From: an uncultured virus (IMG/VR IMGVR_UViG_3300005326_000001)
Lineage: Duplodnaviria; Heunggongvirae; Uroviricota; Caudoviricetes
Virus record (IMG/VR): IMGVR_UViG_3300005326_000001
Strand: one strand, 5' to 3'
DNA: 64,000 bases
Part shown: positions 48,523 to 57,458 of the stretch, piece by piece
Numbering within the stretch: the stretch's first letter is position 1
Layout: every line of letters begins with the position of its first letter
Translations under genes and position numbers: made by a program
The notes under the pieces: model-generated
What the model was told of the DNA's origin: nothing
What the model saw: the letters and a program-made list of their open reading frames with translations, nothing else
The model's database searches: none

Positions 48523-49202
48523 TGGCAAAAACAATAAACCATAAGAAGAGTTCGCTTGGCATAACCAACATGGGTATTGATATGGGTTGTAGTGACAAAA
48601 CAGCCATTGCCACGGCCAATGACCTTGGGGCAATAGTATATGTCGAAGTGACAGACCAGGAAGTAATGAACGAACTATCCCAGTACCCCCCTGCACGCTG
48701 TGCGTCTGGAATTTCTTTATTGATTGACCATACCAGAAAAGACATCGCAAGTCAGAAACTTCGTTCCCATTATCGTGAGGCTAATCCCACGCCTCTTATC
48801 TACGTGGCTGGTGCTTATCGTGCACGTTTATGGAAACCTGCATGGACAATGACAGTCTTTTATCCCCTGTGGCGTGTATACAAGTTTATCGTGGAGGCTA
48901 ATAATATACGTAAGGCACGTAAGGCATCGCTGAAACTATGGAAGACAGGTTTATGGGCTGTGATATGTCCGCACTCAAACACTGGTTTTTTCCCCGACCA
49001 TGCTGCCGACTGGCTAAAGGGCGATCTGGAAATGCTTAAGAGGTGTGAGGCTATATATATGCTTAAGGGCTGGCGTGAGTCAGAGGGTGCGAAGAAAGAA
49101 TGGATGTTGGCTGTGGCAATGGGAATAAAGGTGATATATGAGTATGAACTGGACGACCCAAGGCGCTATACAACGGTGACAATGGAAAAGAAGGAATCGT
49201 GA
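48507..49202 (+). CDS. Nucleoside 2-deoxyribosyltransferase-like (DUF4406-type) protein
   Basis: IYVAGAY, ICPH, CEAIYML.GW.ES.GA..E. Confidence 0.8.
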   Translation: MGGGLMAKTINHKKSSLGITNMGIDMGCSDKTAIATANDLGAIVYVEVTDQEVMNELSQYPPARCASGISLLIDHTRKDIASQKLRSHYREANPTPLIYVAGAYRARLWKPAWTMTVFYPLWRVYKFIVEANNIRKARKASLKLWKTGLWAVICPHSNTGFFPDHAADWLKGDLEMLKRCEAIYMLKGWRESEGAKKEWMLAVAMGIKVIYEYELDDPRRYTTVTMEKKES

Positions 49203-50068
49203 ACAGGATAGGTTTATACAATGTAGACTCTAAACTCCCGAACTTTGCATTAATGAAAATATCCTCTTATCACAAGGCGCAAGGGGATTCTGTCGCTTGG
49301 TACAGTCCTATCGAGGCACCCTGTTTTGACTTGGTTTACGCAAGTTCGGTTTTCACCTATTCGGCAAAGGATTATGTAACTCCAAATATGATCTGTGGTG
49401 GGACTGGATTTGATATTAAAGGCAAACTGCCCGAAGTGATTGAGGAATGCGAGCCGGATTATACTTTGTACCCCGAATTTAAACAGGCAATGGGATTTTT
49501 GACAAGGGGATGTATCAGAAAATGTCAATGGTGTTTTGTTCCCGAAAAGGAGGGATCATTAAGACCATACAGGGATATTGACACTATTGCGCAGGGACGT
49601 AAAGAAATAATTCTTATGGACAATAACTTTCTGGCGGCTGGTGATTATGCGAAAGAACAAGCAGAAAAGATAATCAAGGGCAAATACAAGGTTGACTTCA
49701 ATCAGGGCTTGGATGCAAGGCTGATAGATGATGAATGGGCAAAGACATTATCCGAATTTAAATGGCTAAGCCCGCTTGTAATGGCGTGTGATTCAGATGC
49801 TATGATTGAACCCGTTTTAATGGCAACGGAAAAACTAAGAAAATACAACTGCACCCCAAAAACATATAGCGTCCTTTTTCTGATAACAGATATTCCATCT
49901 GCATTAAAGAGGGCTACAATACTTAAAGAACATGGATTAGAACCTTTTGCACAACCATACAGGGACAAAGCCGGATCGCCAGCCACAGAGGAACAAAGGC
50001 ACTTTGCAAGGTGGGTTAATCATAAGGCAATATTCAAAACAGTATCATGGAAGGATTACGCAGGATGA
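49199..50068 (+). CDS. Radical SAM protein
   Basis: PNFALMKISSYHK..GD, TRGCIRKCQWC.VP.KEG, DNNFL, DFNQGLDARL. Confidence 0.9.
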   Translation: MNRIGLYNVDSKLPNFALMKISSYHKAQGDSVAWYSPIEAPCFDLVYASSVFTYSAKDYVTPNMICGGTGFDIKGKLPEVIEECEPDYTLYPEFKQAMGFLTRGCIRKCQWCFVPEKEGSLRPYRDIDTIAQGRKEIILMDNNFLAAGDYAKEQAEKIIKGKYKVDFNQGLDARLIDDEWAKTLSEFKWLSPLVMACDSDAMIEPVLMATEKLRKYNCTPKTYSVLFLITDIPSALKRATILKEHGLEPFAQPYRDKAGSPATEEQRHFARWVNHKAIFKTVSWKDYAG

Positions 50069-50400
50069 AAATTGTATTAATTGGAAGCACGCAGTACAAG
50101 GATACTAAGTTTGTGGAAGTGAAAGAAAGACTTGAATCCGAGGGTCACGAAGTAAGGGTACCAGCATTTAATGCCATACCCGATAAGCGTGGACTCACGA
50201 CCTGCAAGCATAACCGTGAACTTATAAGGTGGTGTGACGAGGTTCATCTTATATATGACGGCAAGTCGCGGGGTGCGCTGTTTGATTTTGGCATGATATT
50301 CTATGCCGAAAAACCACTCGTGATTGAATACATGGAGGCAAAATCGTTTATATGGGTCATGGAAGATTACGCAGAAGAAACACAACAAACAAAGGAGTAA
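50065..50400 (+). CDS. Second nucleoside deoxyribosyltransferase-like protein
   Basis: MKIVLIGS...GHEV..P...I.WCDEV....G.S.GALFDFGM. Confidence 0.65.
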   Translation: MKIVLIGSTQYKDTKFVEVKERLESEGHEVRVPAFNAIPDKRGLTTCKHNRELIRWCDEVHLIYDGKSRGALFDFGMIFYAEKPLVIEYMEAKSFIWVMEDYAEETQQTKE

Positions 50401-50403
50401 GTA

Positions 50404-50799
50404 ATGTCTGAAGTAAGTATCAGCAATGGGTGTGTCCCACGTAGGGACAAGCATGAAGAGATATTGGATTCTATCTGTAAGCTGGATGATGCCATTCATG
50501 GCTTGTCTATGCTTGTAAACAGGATTAAGGGTACAGAGATGCCTCCACAAGTAGAAGTGACCAAAGACCCTCATGTCTCTCTCGAAGAGTTTCTGGATAC
50601 AACAGGCAAAGTCATTGACAGAAAGGCAGAATCAATAAGGGAGCTAACTGCGGAGCTTACTGCGATATTGTTTACAAAGGTAACAGACATGCCCATACAG
50701 GATATTCCACGTGGCACAGCCACATTAGGAGGAATGGCTGCATTCCGGTATAACCAGCAATGCTTTTATCCAAACCTACAAACATCTATACTGGTGTAG
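50404..50799 (+). CDS. Hypothetical protein
   Basis: AAGGAG RBS; coupled ORF. Confidence 0.55.
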   Translation: MSEVSISNGCVPRRDKHEEILDSICKLDDAIHGLSMLVNRIKGTEMPPQVEVTKDPHVSLEEFLDTTGKVIDRKAESIRELTAELTAILFTKVTDMPIQDIPRGTATLGGMAAFRYNQQCFYPNLQTSILV

Positions 50800-51281
50800 G
50801 GTCACGGAAGACCCCCTATGACGTTCAGGAGCTATTTATTTCCGTAGCCCAGTATCTTTCCCCCCTTGGCTATATCCTCCGTTCTGGAGGGGCTGAGGGG
50901 GCAGATACCGCCTTTGAAGAAGGGTGCGATAGAGGTCAGGGGGCTAAGGAGATATATTTACCTTGGGAAAGGTTTAACGGAAACCCCTCGAAGCTGTTTA
51001 CGCCCGAACCGAAAGCCCGATCGATAGCCAAGCGGTTTCACCCTGACTGGAAGAAATGTAATAAGCCAGTTAAGTTACTACATGCAAGGAACTCGCATGA
51101 ATTGCTGGGGAGGGGTTTAAATACTCCCTCCCGTTTTCTTTTGTGCTGGACTGATGGTAGTGGCGGTACGTCACGGTTAATACGTGTAGCCGAAGGTTAT
51201 GGGATTCCCGTATGTAATGCGGACGATTGTACCGAAGAAGAAGTATGGGAATTTATAAAGGTACATATCGGTTCTCTTTAG
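50760..51281 (+). CDS. SLOG/DprA-like Rossmann-fold protein
   Basis: YTGVGSRKTP, LRSGGAEGAD.AFE, IYLPW, ARN, GGT. Confidence 0.85.
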   Translation: MLLSKPTNIYTGVGSRKTPYDVQELFISVAQYLSPLGYILRSGGAEGADTAFEEGCDRGQGAKEIYLPWERFNGNPSKLFTPEPKARSIAKRFHPDWKKCNKPVKLLHARNSHELLGRGLNTPSRFLLCWTDGSGGTSRLIRVAEGYGIPVCNADDCTEEEVWEFIKVHIGSL

Positions 51282-51445
51282 TTTAATACCCAATTCCACC
51301 ACTTTGCTTCTTCTGTACATGAGTCGCAGTAGATATAGACACCTTCTGGCAGTTCCTTGCCACAAGAACAGCATTTAAATTTCGGTTTGATATTACTATT
51401 CTCATTCTCATTCTCATTCTCATTCTCATTCTCATTATCTTTCAT
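51278..51445 (-). CDS. Small zinc-ribbon protein with (NE)6 repeat (55 aa, not in ORF track)
   Basis: MKD(NE)6NSNIKPKFKCCSCG...YCDSC; start overlaps the upstream stop. Confidence 0.65.
   Translation of the reverse strand: MKDNENENENENENENSNIKPKFKCCSCGKELPEGVYIYCDSCTEEAKWWNWVLN
51398..51436. repeat. Hexanucleotide tandem repeat (ATTCTC)6
   Basis: Read directly. Confidence 0.95.
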
Positions 51446-51939
51446 ACTACAGCTCCCTCTGCTAATCGTTTAGTTGTTTCAAATATCTTTCTCTTTGTAT
51501 CCTCTGTAGGTTTATTTGTCTTATGCATTATCTTATACAGCGCGGTATCTGATATGCCCACCTGTTTGGAAAAATTAGACATAGTGCGACACATACCACA
51601 ACCCCACTTGATAGCACCCGCTACATCGGCAGGACAAGGATAGTCGGGCTTTGGGTACTTGACTCTGGGTGCGTGTTGGACTGGTTTGTATTGCAACTGT
51701 CTGCCCCAGTCCCAAGTCAGCCCCCTGTCCGCAAGGGCTTTTTGTATGTTCTGCTTGGTAGCACGCGGGCGATCAGTAACAACAAGGGCATTAGCCTCCT
51801 CCTGCGTGAAACCCTTGAAGATAACCAGCATGTCAATATCGTTACGTACACTAATGGCAGGACTAATACGTGACTCTAATATGCTGTGGTAATCAATACG
51901 GGCATCACCGTTAACTGAACCTATTGTAGTACCTATCAT
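51442..51939 (-). CDS. Protein with C-terminal HTH
   Basis: FSKQVGISDTALYKI.....P...T..KI. Confidence 0.6.
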   Translation of the reverse strand: MIGTTIGSVNGDARIDYHSILESRISPAISVRNDIDMLVIFKGFTQEEANALVVTDRPRATKQNIQKALADRGLTWDWGRQLQYKPVQHAPRVKYPKPDYPCPADVAGAIKWGCGMCRTMSNFSKQVGISDTALYKIMHKTNKPTEDTKRKIFETTKRLAEGAVV

Positions 51940-52337
51940 AAAGACTCCTTATGGCGCGGACAACCGAGACCGGGCTTATAATCCTCATCCAAGCCAACAT
52001 TGCAATAACAATCTACGTTCATTAGTGGACAATTTTCACCACAACGTCCCTTACTATCTGTCTCCGGTATCTCGACCATAACCGAAAACTCTGATTCTTC
52101 GGGAGTGTTCAGGACGGCAAAAGACTCTGCTGTGTCTTCTCTGAACAAACCAAAAGGCTCTTGCCACATAAGTAAGTTTGTGTTGACATTCTTTCCCCAG
52201 TAACAGACCAATACCTCTGTGCTATCTTCATCACCCGGAATCCAAAACAAAACCTTCCGCCCGCTATTCCGTATCTCGTCCGTCATTTCCTCAATTTTAT
52301 GCCAAATAATATCAGGTGTCATTTTATCAGGTGTCAT
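51936..52337 (-). CDS. Hypothetical protein, paralogue of 52637..53113
   Basis: IEEMTDEIRNS...VEIP...KG.C...CP...KPG.GCPR. Confidence 0.7.
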   Translation of the reverse strand: MTPDKMTPDIIWHKIEEMTDEIRNSGRKVLFWIPGDEDSTEVLVCYWGKNVNTNLLMWQEPFGLFREDTAESFAVLNTPEESEFSVMVEIPETDSKGRCGENCPLMNVDCYCNVGLDEDYKPGLGCPRHKESL

Positions 52338-52640
52338 TTAGTCCTCCACAGCTTTAAGTAGATACTGTTTCCAACAAGCATCACAATCACTTAGCTTAGT
52401 CATGTCCTTGCAAAACACCGTACTTTCCCATTTGACACAAAGATCAAAACTTCTGAGTGTGCCCGATGCATAATTCACTGCCCTCTCAAACTTATCCCTC
52501 TCTTTTGTGACCGCTTCGAGATTGTCCGGCTTGTCAAGTTCCGCGAGAGCATCACCGTATAAATCGGTTATCCGATTAGGAAACTTTTGGAAGTAGTCGG
52601 CTCCATATTCCAGTGCTTCCCTGATTTTGTCCTTGTTCAT
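52338..52640 (-). CDS. Hypothetical protein sharing modules with 53193..53504 and 53480..53815
   Basis: KDKIREAL, ALAELDKP, RDKFERA, CWK..LLKAVE. Confidence 0.7.
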   Translation of the reverse strand: MNKDKIREALEYGADYFQKFPNRITDLYGDALAELDKPDNLEAVTKERDKFERAVNYASGTLRSFDLCVKWESTVFCKDMTKLSDCDACWKQYLLKAVED

Positions 52641-53113
52641 CCCTCACCTCCAAATCTCGGACAGCCGGGACCGGGCTTACAAGAATATATTGGCTCTATA
52701 CCCCCCATTAATCCCGCAAATCCCCCAACCTGCCATTCGCAGTTACTTTCTATGGGGCAATCAACATTACACATGCCCTTTGATGTTAACGGTGGTATCT
52801 CCACAACAACGGCAAACTTTGACTCGACGGGAGCGTTGAGGGCGGCAAAGTGAGAAACATAAGTTTCGTCAAAATTATTGCCATTATTTGAAGTCCAGTT
52901 TTCCAGAATGACGTGATGTCTACTAATGTATTTCACTACCAATTCATCTTTAAATCTGAACAGGATTTCTGCACTGCTATTCCGAATCTCGTCCGTCATT
53001 TCCTCGATTGGATACCAAAGCACATCAATCATTTTAGTCCTCATCCTCCGAGCAAACACGCTCATATTTAAGTTCCTTTTTGAGTTCGGCATTTCTGCGT
53101 TCCAGTTCAGCAA
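52637..53113 (-). CDS. Hypothetical protein, paralogue of 51936..52337
   Basis: Shared motifs; true start probably internal. Confidence 0.65.
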   Translation of the reverse strand: MLNWNAEMPNSKRNLNMSVFARRMRTKMIDVLWYPIEEMTDEIRNSSAEILFRFKDELVVKYISRHHVILENWTSNNGNNFDETYVSHFAALNAPVESKFAVVVEIPPLTSKGMCNVDCPIESNCEWQVGGFAGLMGGIEPIYSCKPGPGCPRFGGEG

Positions 53114-53192
53114 TCTGTCTTCTAAGAGAGCTTATCACCACAGCAGACAAATACCAAACAGCCAATACAACAACAATACAAAGAAGTGTCAT

Positions 53193-53504
53193 TTATTCCT
53201 CCACAGCTTTAAGGAAATGGTTTTTCCAACATTCGACACACGACGTCTTATTATTGCCACCATATCTGCGACTACAACTAACGTCAGCAGGACACGTCGG
53301 GAAGGGTTGAAAACTATTTTCAGCGGGGAGAAAAGCTTGAATTGCCTTATGAAGTGCCCTCTCAAACTTGTCCCTTTGAGCCGATGCTTTTCTAAAAGCA
53401 TCAGAAATCATATTGTAGTTTTTAAAAACCTGCTTAGAACACTTATGCCCACCAACTAAATATTCGTTTCTATTCATAGCTACTCCTTTGGGATGTGTGT
53501 CCAT
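53193..53504 (-). CDS. Hypothetical protein
   Basis: RDKFERAL...CVECWKNHFLKAVEE. Confidence 0.65.
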   Translation of the reverse strand: MDTHPKGVAMNRNEYLVGGHKCSKQVFKNYNMISDAFRKASAQRDKFERALHKAIQAFLPAENSFQPFPTCPADVSCSRRYGGNNKTSCVECWKNHFLKAVEE

Positions 53505-53815
53505 GCGATAGGTTTGATTATGGTATTGTCACAAGCCCTAAAGTAATTATCAGCATACTCTACAACATCACACCTAACCTTATCGAGTTGTGCCAAATCC
53601 CCTTGGTAAAATATTGTATCATACTTTACAAGTATCTCCGTGCCATCTCTTGGCGCACTCTCCATGTCCTGCCATACTGGTTTGTCCAGTTCAGCAAGAG
53701 CTTGTTTCAATATAAAGTCCATCGCATTTTTTCTGCCCATAGTCCAATTATGGAATATGTTCTTTCGTACATCGCTTAGTGCTTCCCTGACTTTGTCCTT
53801 AGATTCTTTTGTCAT
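53480..53815 (-). CDS. DUF551-like phage protein
   Basis: WQDMESAPRDGTEILV...PIAW..IP. Confidence 0.7.
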   Translation of the reverse strand: MTKESKDKVREALSDVRKNIFHNWTMGRKNAMDFILKQALAELDKPVWQDMESAPRDGTEILVKYDTIFYQGDLAQLDKVRCDVVEYADNYFRACDNTIIKPIAWTHIPKE

Positions 53816-53819
53816 ACGT

Positions 53820-54140
53820 TTACTCCTCCATGTAGGTAATTCTTAAGCCCAATGCCTTCGCATAATTTATTTCGTTACTGGTCGAATCACCTATATATCC
53901 ACCCTTGTTAATAACATGAATACTATCAGAAAGCTGTATTTTTCTAAAGTGTACCCAATCAAGTATTTTTTTCTCTTCCTTAGTTAAGGGAATGTTATCC
54001 GCGTGACCCAAAAAAGCTACTGATATTACAATCCTGCCTGTCAAAGTCAACTCTTTGTTGATTCGTTCAAAATCGTCTTTGAATTTTGTTGACCCACAGA
54101 GACAAACTACTTCTGGGAATGTATCTTTGTCCTTATCCAT
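53820..54140 (-). CDS. Third nucleoside deoxyribosyltransferase-like protein
   Basis: LCGSTKFK..F, KI.LSD.I.VIN.GGYIGDST..EI.YA. Confidence 0.8.
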   Translation of the reverse strand: MDKDKDTFPEVVCLCGSTKFKDDFERINKELTLTGRIVISVAFLGHADNIPLTKEEKKILDWVHFRKIQLSDSIHVINKGGYIGDSTSNEINYAKALGLRITYMEE

Positions 54141-54151
54141 TTATTCCTCCT

Positions 54152-54337
54152 TTATTCTCCGATGGTTATAATAAGCCTACCTGAGCAATGATTGTTTGAT
54201 GCCCACTCTATTATTTCCTTTATTGGGGTATGTGGAGACCATATTTTTGTTTCTGTCCACATGCTTCCCACACACTCGTTACCGCTCGACTGCTCGATTG
54301 TTGCCACAACTGCACCATAAGGTTCTATAAATTTCAT
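54152..54337 (-). CDS. Hypothetical protein
   Basis: GGAGG RBS. Confidence 0.55.
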   Translation of the reverse strand: MKFIEPYGAVVATIEQSSGNECVGSMWTETKIWSPHTPIKEIIEWASNNHCSGRLIITIGE

Positions 54338-54417
54338 TTATCCCTCCTTTGTGGGGGCAGTTTGAATCAGGCAAAATACATTAAGCCCTGTCCACCTTGG
54401 CCAACTGCCCCGAAAGT

Positions 54418-54702
54418 TTATTTTACTGCGTCCTTGATTCTCTGTTCGAGATTCGGATAAAATTTTTCGAATGTGTACCATTCAAGGTGACTTAAAAACA
54501 TTGTGTCATAATCGCCAAATGATTCATAGAGGGTATGTGCCTGAATGCCATTTAAGCCATTACTGTGTGCATAAATCATATCACATGCTTTTATGCGGAA
54601 GCGATATATCAGTCTGTTGCGATAAAGCAGATAGACAAAAGTAATTAATACCTCAATACCAATAACCATAATCAAAAGACCGATAAATGCTAAGATGTCC
54701 AT
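54418..54702 (-). CDS. Membrane-anchored hypothetical protein
   Basis: N-terminal TM helix; RBS. Confidence 0.6.
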   Translation of the reverse strand: MDILAFIGLLIMVIGIEVLITFVYLLYRNRLIYRFRIKACDMIYAHSNGLNGIQAHTLYESFGDYDTMFLSHLEWYTFEKFYPNLEQRIKDAVK

Positions 54703-54716
54703 TGACCTTCTCCTTT

Positions 54717-55082
54717 TTACAGCAGTTTAATTTGTTCGTCACCCTCGCCCAGTATATACCACATATATGTAGTGAGGGTACGTACTGGTGTTCTCTGGAA
54801 CCCAATCTGGAATCGTTCTTCTACCTTATCTAAACTCTCATTAATAGTCGGGTGTCTTTCTTCCCATCCTTTCTGTATATCGTAGCATACAAGTACAAAC
54901 AGCGGATTGCCCAATTTATCTGTGGTTATATCCCACCTTAGACCTGCCCTCCATACTGTACTCGCGACTCCTTCTCCCATTGTAGTCAGCGCAGCCTTGT
55001 AAGGGGGTAACTGGACGGGCAATATATCCTCGTGAGTTACATGTCTGGTTCTTTTTGTGGATATAAGCAGGTCAGTAGACAC
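54717..55082 (-). CDS. Hypothetical protein
   Basis: AGGAG RBS before GTG. Confidence 0.55.
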   Translation of the reverse strand: MSTDLLISTKRTRHVTHEDILPVQLPPYKAALTTMGEGVASTVWRAGLRWDITTDKLGNPLFVLVCYDIQKGWEERHPTINESLDKVEERFQIGFQRTPVRTLTTYMWYILGEGDEQIKLL

Positions 55083-55265
55083 CTAATCTCCTAATAGCCA
55101 AAGGGTGAGTCCAAGAATGGCAACCAGAGAACCCATAGCTACGATCTCCCCCTTATATGAAACCGATCGCCTGATTATATTCATGTCAGCCCCCTTATAT
55201 AGAGGTATGCAAGTATAATCAGACCCCCAAATAAAATACCGCACAGCTTATAGGTCAAAGAACTG

Positions 55266-55637
55266 TCAATCACTGGGCACCTCCGCAGTATTTTCCTGTT
55301 TTATGAACCTATAATTTGCGGGTATAGGCAGAAGGTGTATCTGTGAGCCTAAGGATGTGGTTATCTCTGGCGGTGTGATTCCATTAATAATCCCTATGAC
55401 ATTCTTATCAAGACATAGGTATGACCTATTGTTCTCTGTATCGATGTCCCACGACAGACGTGCCTTATAGTAGGCAAATACGGAGTCCGCACCTCTGTAG
55501 GTAATTCTGTCCCAATGTATACAGGATGATAAAGGGGAACGCGGTTCCTGAAACTTAAGGATTTCAATAAGTATTTTGTTGCCGTCTTGTGTGGACACCC
55601 ACAGCTTCTCTCTCTTTTGCTTTTGCTTCTCTGACAT
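55266..55637 (-). CDS. Hypothetical protein
   Basis: GGGAGG RBS. Confidence 0.6.
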   Translation of the reverse strand: MSEKQKQKREKLWVSTQDGNKILIEILKFQEPRSPLSSCIHWDRITYRGADSVFAYYKARLSWDIDTENNRSYLCLDKNVIGIINGITPPEITTSLGSQIHLLPIPANYRFIKQENTAEVPSD

Positions 55638-55667
55638 TTGACCTCCCAGTCAATTAAATGAATATGG

Positions 55668-56174
55668 TTACTCAGATGCGTCTCTGATTGTCAACCCAGC
55701 AGGCACGATACCACTGGCTATCTGCTCCCATCTGGCTTTTATGGTTGGATGTACCTCTTGGTTGCGGCATTCGTGCAACTTCTTAATTGCCTCTTTTTGC
55801 AACCACTCAAATGTCTTTTTAGTAATGGTATGTATTCTGTAATCGTATTGCGGATATAGCAGATTTCCCCATTCAATCATTGACACTGCCTTATCTTTAT
55901 ATTTATATGGGTTCCAATATATCAAGAACTGCCATTCAAGACAACTTGCCTGAAATCCAGTAATACCTCCCTTCCCTGAACGTTCAACAGCCCAAGCACC
56001 AGCAATAGCCCCCAGAGCTATGGCGTGTATAATGGTTCCATAATCATGTTCATATTCGGTGGTTAGTTTGGTTATAAACGCAGGTAGCGTCTCAAGGGTT
56101 ATTGCTTCTGCCTCTTTGGCTAACTCTGCTAAAATATCTTTTGTCTCTTGTGTGGATTCGTCTAACGATTTCAT
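55668..56174 (-). CDS. Hypothetical phage protein
   Basis: HDYGTI.HA, GGITGFQAS, LLYPQY. Confidence 0.7.
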   Translation of the reverse strand: MKSLDESTQETKDILAELAKEAEAITLETLPAFITKLTTEYEHDYGTIIHAIALGAIAGAWAVERSGKGGITGFQASCLEWQFLIYWNPYKYKDKAVSMIEWGNLLYPQYDYRIHTITKKTFEWLQKEAIKKLHECRNQEVHPTIKARWEQIASGIVPAGLTIRDASE

Positions 56175-56208
56175 TTATGACCTCCCAGTCATGTTAGATT
56201 ATGTGTGG

Positions 56209-56625
56209 TTACTTGTTTTCCTCTAATTTGTTTGGCAAAATACGGTTTTGCCACCGTCCCCAATCTGGAGCAATAAGTGGAATTATTCTTGTGGAATCCG
56301 ATATGGCTGGTTGTTTAATAGCTATAAATATTTTTGTTGTGTCCTGTTCGAGTGTTGGCGGTCTATACACCAAATCATCTATACCTATACCAGTAGATTC
56401 GTCCCAAGTTATACCCTCACCAGCATGGCTTTTGTAGTGGTGTGAATAAATAGTTATGGTTATACTATCGAGTTTCCTATCAACAATCACCGAATCAGCC
56501 TCGCCCTGCATGTTTACCTCAGAGAAGGATAACAATTTCTTGGCATGGGTTTTGATCTCGAAAGATTTGTCATCCGCATAAACCATCGCTGATACTAAAA
56601 TCAGAATTGCGATAAGTAGTTTCAT
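56209..56625 (-). CDS. Exported protein with signal peptide
   Basis: MKLLIAILILVSAMVYA; four D-S/T-x motifs. Confidence 0.7.
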   Translation of the reverse strand: MKLLIAILILVSAMVYADDKSFEIKTHAKKLLSFSEVNMQGEADSVIVDRKLDSITITIYSHHYKSHAGEGITWDESTGIGIDDLVYRPPTLEQDTTKIFIAIKQPAISDSTRIIPLIAPDWGRWQNRILPNKLEENK

Positions 56626-56819
56626 TTCTTTGCCTCCTTTTCTTCTGTGTATATTCCAATTGTGTATATTCCACCTGCTATAACTATTGTGACAAGAAGC
56701 AGAAATGGGATAATGGCAATTACCGCTCCTAAATCATGATGGATAGCGTAACTCGCCCAAAAACCGCAACCAGACACTATCGATACTATCCCAAAGGCTG
56801 TTATAAATGCTTTAATCAT
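56622..56819 (-). CDS. Small two-TM protein
   Basis: Hydrophobicity; coupled ORF. Confidence 0.6.
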   Translation of the reverse strand: MIKAFITAFGIVSIVSGCGFWASYAIHHDLGAVIAIIPFLLLVTIVIAGGIYTIGIYTEEKEAKK

Positions 56820-57231
56820 TTCCTCCTCCTGTTCCCCAGATATATGGCAAGGTATCTACCGCTTCGGGGAAGTATTTTCTGTAGTGTTCAGGATTCTTCC
56901 GAACAAGATTACTCTGCATTGCCACATGAAAATCGGTGTCCCCAATAAATGGGGGCATGATAACGTCATCCGTTATAGGATATGGGATATACGAATGCCT
57001 GTACCCTCTGTTTGACCACTCACGCAACATCTCATTATGATAAGACATTAGTGCGGTCTCATATCCTCTCCACATAATTGTACAGGGGTGATTATACCAT
57101 GCCTGTTTAGAATCTCCCGAACTGTTTATTTTCAGGATTGTATGAGCCTCGATGATTTGCTTATTAAGACGCAATCTGTCGAGGCATTGTGCTGACTTCG
57201 CAAAATCAGAATAAGGCAAAAAGGCATTCAC
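56812..57231 (-). CDS. Pyrimidine-dimer DNA glycosylase/endonuclease V-like protein
   Basis: FLPY.DF..SA..LD..RL.KQ..EA..I, NHP...MWRGYE. Confidence 0.85.
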   Translation of the reverse strand: MNAFLPYSDFAKSAQCLDRLRLNKQIIEAHTILKINSSGDSKQAWYNHPCTIMWRGYETALMSYHNEMLREWSNRGYRHSYIPYPITDDVIMPPFIGDTDFHVAMQSNLVRKNPEHYRKYFPEAVDTLPYIWGTGGGND

Positions 57232-57458
57232 TTAATCATCCTCTCCTTTGTTGCTTCCTTTTGTCTTAGTGCTTTTAGCATAACACTTTTAAGTTTCGGT
57301 CTGGTCTGCTTGCTCTGGTTCTTCCCCGCTAACCACCTGAATACAGTACCCTGTGTGACCCCTACCCGTCTGGCGAACTCTTCTGCCGTATCATCATATA
57401 TCTCCATAGCCTCACGGATTAATTCTACGGGCACGTTTTCTTTCTGTGTTTTTGTCAT
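57228..57458 (-). CDS. XRE/Cro-like HTH protein
   Basis: EEFARRVGVTQGTVFRWLAG. Confidence 0.85.
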   Translation of the reverse strand: MTKTQKENVPVELIREAMEIYDDTAEEFARRVGVTQGTVFRWLAGKNQSKQTRPKLKSVMLKALRQKEATKERMIK

